From NCBI GenBank assembly GCA_020891255.1, contig BQFW01000001.1, forward strand, positions 62,001 through 126,000: 64,000 bases of DNA, read 5' to 3'. Origin of the DNA: Entomortierella parvispora E1425. Taxonomy: Eukaryota; Fungi; Mortierellomycota. Positions 59,521-64,000 of the stretch are shown here, piece after piece. A model generated the notes under the pieces. It had not been told where the DNA came from and made no database searches. It saw only the letters and a list, made by a program, of their open reading frames with translations. Position 1 is the first letter of the stretch, and each line of letters starts with the position of its first letter. Both the position numbers and the translations under genes were made by a program.

Positions 59521-62331
59521 TTCGAGAGTTCTCTTGAGTTCCCGCCGTTCTTGTCCAGATGAGGTTCGACTTGAGACTGTCGCGAGGTGATCCCGATGTA
59601 AAAGAACCCTTCAGAGCTGCCGTTAGATAACAGGTTGCCTTGGAGTTGGGGTCTTTTGGATATCCTGAAGAAGAGAAAGAGGTGAATAAAACAAAGAGTC
59701 AACAGCTGTTCCACTGTATTGATAGCACAGGCGTGCGAACCCCAAGTTCGCACACGTTTCGCCGACAAAGAGAAAGGTGATGACCAAGTGCCCACTTTTC
59801 ATTACCGAGTGACAAACTAAAATGTGAGTGGATGGACGACAAAGAAGAGTTGCACAGTAAGGGCGAAGAAAGGACGAGGTAGAAGAAGAGGTGGAGAGAG
59901 TGACCAAGAAAAAGATGCAGTAAGGATCGTAGTCGCCGAAAGTGAAAGGTAAGATGAACAAAGACAATGAGAAAAAAAAGTGGGGAAAGGGAATGAAAAG
60001 AGGAAAGAGAGGAAAATGATCGAGTCGAGGGAATGAACGGTCCTTTCAATTTTGGGAGATGTGCTGCACCTTGAAAGAGAGGAGAGAACCTGGACAAATC
60101 AACAAAAAAGTTGATCCCTCGTTTTTCTTTCATCTTTTTTTTTTTTTTGCAGTCTTTGTGCTGCCCCTCCTCCCACTGCCGCCTTACTCTTCACGCCCAC
60201 GGCGTAAATGGGCTGGTTCCCCTGCACCAACGAACCCCATTCGCAAGGTCTTGTCTTAACGTCCGAGAAAAAGGAGGGAAGGGGTTTCTTTAGCTGGTTG
60301 AAGGTTTGGTGGTGGGTTGTCGGACTGGAAGGTGAATTGAAGACAAACAAAGCGCGAGGGGCGACCGCGAATTGCGAATACCAAAAGCACCTTGGGACGC
60401 GGGGCTACTGAGGCGAGGGCTCTCAAATGCCTCTCCAAGGGGATACCAGTGCTCCCAGGTCGTGTCTGTAAAAGTCTTTTCAGCTCCATCCGTACACATC
60501 GTGGTTGCTGGACGTTTGGGCTCGTGAAGAGCAAGGAACAATGTAAACATAAAAAAGAAATGAGGAAAAAAAAAAGGAGAAAGGGGGCTACGGCAGGGAG
60601 TCCTTGCCATAAAAGAGAATGCTCTCTTCGAGTGCCCATTTGTCCATGGTCGCGGACCTTGGGAGGCCTAGCCTGGCCTGATTCCCAGTTTGAGCAGCGG
60701 ACAACGTGTAAACAAGGAAATGAAATAAAGGGCACGCGAAAGGAGAGAGTGGCGCCCAGGGGCAGTAGGAGATCGCCACGATGGACTGATACCAAGGGAC
60801 TCTGCAGCCTGTTCTCAAAGAGCGTTTTGTTCCACTTTGCACAGACGTACTGGGTACTTTGATGCTCCTGTTTGAATGCATGAGCCGCTGGACTAATGCC
60901 ACACGAACAAACACCACTTGATCAAGGGACATCTGGGGACAACATCGGCAACTCCTCGACTCTTTGCGGATGCAGTAAGCAAGCAGATCACTGGCATCGA
61001 TGTCATCGAGAGAGTTTGCACGCGTAGGGGCACAATACGGAGAACTCTCTCAGAGAGAAAAAGTGAAGGAAGCGTACAGAGAGCAGGGACAGGAAGTCGC
61101 TCTCGTTGGTGGCAAATTGCTCAAGCCAGTTGTAGTCTGTCCAACACTGGCCACATACCTGGAATGACGTGGTCTGGTGTATCTTTTTAAAAAGATTCAG
61201 CGGAGCGGGCGGCGGTTGCTCTAGTGAAGGCGTGGTTTGATGATGTTTGGAATGAGAATGAGAGCGAGAGCGAGAGCGAGAATGAGCATGAACAGATTGA
61301 CAGCATGCAAAAGTCTGAAAAGTGATGGAGAGAAAGAAAGAAGCAAAACAGGGCAGGGCAGAGTTGGCCAGAGTACGGCAGGGCAAGGAAAGGGCAAAAG
61401 AGCGCGCGCGCTTGCTGCCCCCCACAAGGATTTCCTGCGAGTCGAGCGAGGGGACCCCCCTGAAATGGTTTTGGGGTCGGTGTCCATGCGCTTTACTCCT
61501 TCCAGACTCCTTTGCACTGGCTGCTGCACGATGCTTGCATGCATGCATCGCTTCGCTTGCAGGCAAGGCAGTGGCTACCTTTGGGGAAGAGCCCCTTGTC
61601 CTCCAGTGTATCATAGCCAGTATTGACAGTTGCCGGAAAAAGGCAAGATCAGGCGACGAATGATGGGTGCAGGGGGGTGCAAGGTCGAATGGGTACCATC
61701 CACCAACGCCAGCGATCCCCGCCCTGCTGGTTCCCCAGGCTTGTGAGCCAAGGGAGAGCAAAGACGCGTGCTGTGAAAGAGCAGAGTCAAATGTTGCCAC
61801 CAACTAAAAAAAGGTCGCGAGACTGGAAGGCGAAGAAGAGAAGAAGAGAGAAGGAGCCCTGGCGGGAGCTGATTGGTCGATTCAGTGCGCACCTGTCGCA
61901 TTGGCTGGAGTGGGGTAAGGCGAGCGCAGACCGTGCGATGATGCCGTCTTCTTTTCATGTGGGGTCTCTGGCTGCCTGTGTTTCTGTGCGCGATTCATTC
62001 ATTCCTTGCCAGTGCCAGGCACGCACGAAGGAAAAGAAGAGCAAAGAAGCCAAACGAACCCAGCTGGGAGGGAGGACTTGTCTGTCTACCCTGCACCATC
62101 TCGCCATCTTGCCTTCTTCTTTTCATCATCTTCATCACAATCGTCCTCTCTCGACCTCCTCCTTCTCCTCCCCCTTCCCTGCTCCCGTCTCTGCTGCCAG
62201 ATATCGCACACTACTCTCGTCCCTTCTTCCAAGTCGACCGTGTGTGCTTTGTTCTTGTTCGTCCTCTCTTGTTGCTTGCTTCCTGCCAACCTACTTCTCA
62301 ACCCCATCTCTGCTGATTGATAAAAAGCTCA

Positions 62332-64000
62332 ATGCTTGCCCACACCATGCACTCTTCAAACTCGATTCACTCTTCCACCGAAGGCACTTCCTCCTCATCC
62401 TCTGCTGCCGCAGAGATGCAGATGTTGCACCAGGCTAGGAGCGAATCTGCTGCTGCCATCGCTGCTTCCGCTGTCGCCTCTGAGGTCTTGAACCAGACCG
62501 AGGATGAACCCGTCGAACCCGTTTCTGTCAAGCAGGCCACCCCCCGCAAGGTCCAGAGCCTCGATCTCGATTCGATCTCCATGTTCCCTTCGCTCGGTTC
62601 CTCGTCTGCTGCTCCTGCCCGTCCTGCCGCTACCTGGGGTGCCGGTCCTTCGTCCCGTGTCAAGTCTGCTGCTGGCAAGTTGGGTGCTGTTGGTGATCAA
62701 CGCCGTACTCCCGCTGCCGCCGCCGCTGCTGCCGCTGCTTCTGCCCCCAAGGTCAGCAGCTCCGGTAACATTCAAGATCGTATGCAGATCCCCTCGGCTC
62801 AGATCTCTGGTTTTGGAAAGTCCTCTGTGGGTGATATTGCCAAGGCTGTCATGACCTCCTCTGGCGCTCGTATTGAATCGACAACCTCTATGACCAGCGG
62901 CACCACCACCTTCTTGATCTCGGGCAAGCCTGACGCCGTTGCCAAGGCTCGCCGTGATCTTCGATCCAGCTTTGCAAAGAAGGTAAATTGACGCGAATCA
63001 ACATTGAAATTTATTCATGACTTTGGACCTAGCTGATCTGATCGTGGGTAAAAAAAAAGAAAAGAAGATAGGGTGGATGAAGATCGCCAGGTGGTGGAAA
63101 GGATCCATTCTCCTCGGACTGTTGCCTGTTTTGCTTTGGTTTTCTGAATTGTCGCTGGTGGCAAAAAAGGGGGTGAAGAGGGACCGAGGCAAAATATTAA
63201 GACTGGAGTCAGATAAAAAGGCAAAGGGGGTGCGGGGGTGCGAAGATCAGCACTGAAAATATGCTCAAGGGGCGGCTCCACGTCTAAACTCACGCCATCT
63301 TGTTTTCCCCCACACATAGGAGAAGATCCAGTACTCTGTTCCCTCGTCTGCTCGTCCCCACCTTCTCGGATCCAAGGGCCGCACCCTTATCGGCATCCAG
63401 ACCAAGACTGGAGTTCAAATCACTGTTCCCCGTCGTGACCAACAGGAGACCACTTTTTCCACTGTCACGGCTTCTGAAGATGACCTGGACGCTGAGGAGG
63501 AGATGGTCGATATTGACATCGAGGGTGATGAAGAGAGCATTAGGGCTGCCAAGGAGGAAATCGACTCCATTGTCTCCAAGGTTTGTTCACAGAACGCGTT
63601 CCTCTGCATGCGGATCAAAAGTGCAAAGCGGCGGAAGACTAACATCAGTTTATATTCATTTGAAAATATTAGGCCTGCAGAATCAGCTACCGTTTGACCA
63701 CCGTCCCTGCCACGTATTACCCCTTCATTGCTGGAGCTCGCAATGTTCACATTCAGGCTATCCAGCAGGAGACTCACACCCGTATCAACATGCCCTTTGT
63801 CACGTCCCAGGAAGAGGATGAGGATGAGGATGCCAAGGATACCGCTATCGTGATCCAGGGAGACCGCAAGAACATCCGCAGGGCTATCGAGGCTATCGAG
63901 AACAGCTACCATGAGATTGAACGTACCACCCGTACCATGACCATCAACATCCCCAAGCGTCAGCATCGTTTCTTGGTCGGTACTAAGGGCGTTCACATCA
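62332..64000 (+). CDS. SCP160: vigilin / Scp160-like multi-KH RNA-binding protein (3'-partial, runs off the window)
   Basis: N-terminal FPSLG motif, KH repeats with (H/F)LLGSKG, PFIAGARN and HRFLVGTKG, and consistent introns after 62982 and 63580. The start could also be the Met at 62417. Confidence 0.85.

Noticed and set aside
59600-62300. Many overlapping ORFs in the divergent region between the RGS and KH genes
   Set aside because: They arise from purine/pyrimidine-rich low-complexity promoter and UTR sequence, with no domain evidence.

Overview
Eukaryotic genomic DNA of about 50% GC with short GT-AG introns and CTAAC-type branch points. It is most likely an early-diverging fungus of the Mortierellomycotina, inferred from gene families and intron style. 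No rRNA, tRNA or CRISPR array was found. The two flanks (1-27 kb and 43-64 kb) carry ordinary fungal genes: two CRAL-TRIO/Csr1-like lipid-transfer paralogs, a T5orf172/MUG113-domain protein, a high-affinity hexose transporter, an F-box/LRR protein, calcineurin A, an ankyrin-RCC1-BTB (IBTK/Btb1-like) protein, a 4-TM protein, ribosomal protein eS12, an Ssh4-like SPRY protein, a DUF962/Mpo1-like protein, an Sst2/FlbA-like DEP-RGS protein and a vigilin/Scp160-like KH protein that runs off the window. Between them lies a ~16 kb accessory island of transposon debris (about 27.2-43.3 kb). It contains a PIF/Harbinger transposase fragment with an intact convergent Myb/SANT-like partner, a broken Tc1/mariner-like transposase, a 553-bp inverted chimeric repeat, a near-perfect TA-flanked MITE inside a degenerate Nuf2-like gene, and decayed nuclease-like genes. 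The most notable items are an intact, intronless, bacterial-type ChaB gene in the middle of this island and a stand-alone retrotransposon Gag-like ORF ending in a predicted transmembrane tail just outside it. All homology calls are from motif recognition by eye and need database confirmation.
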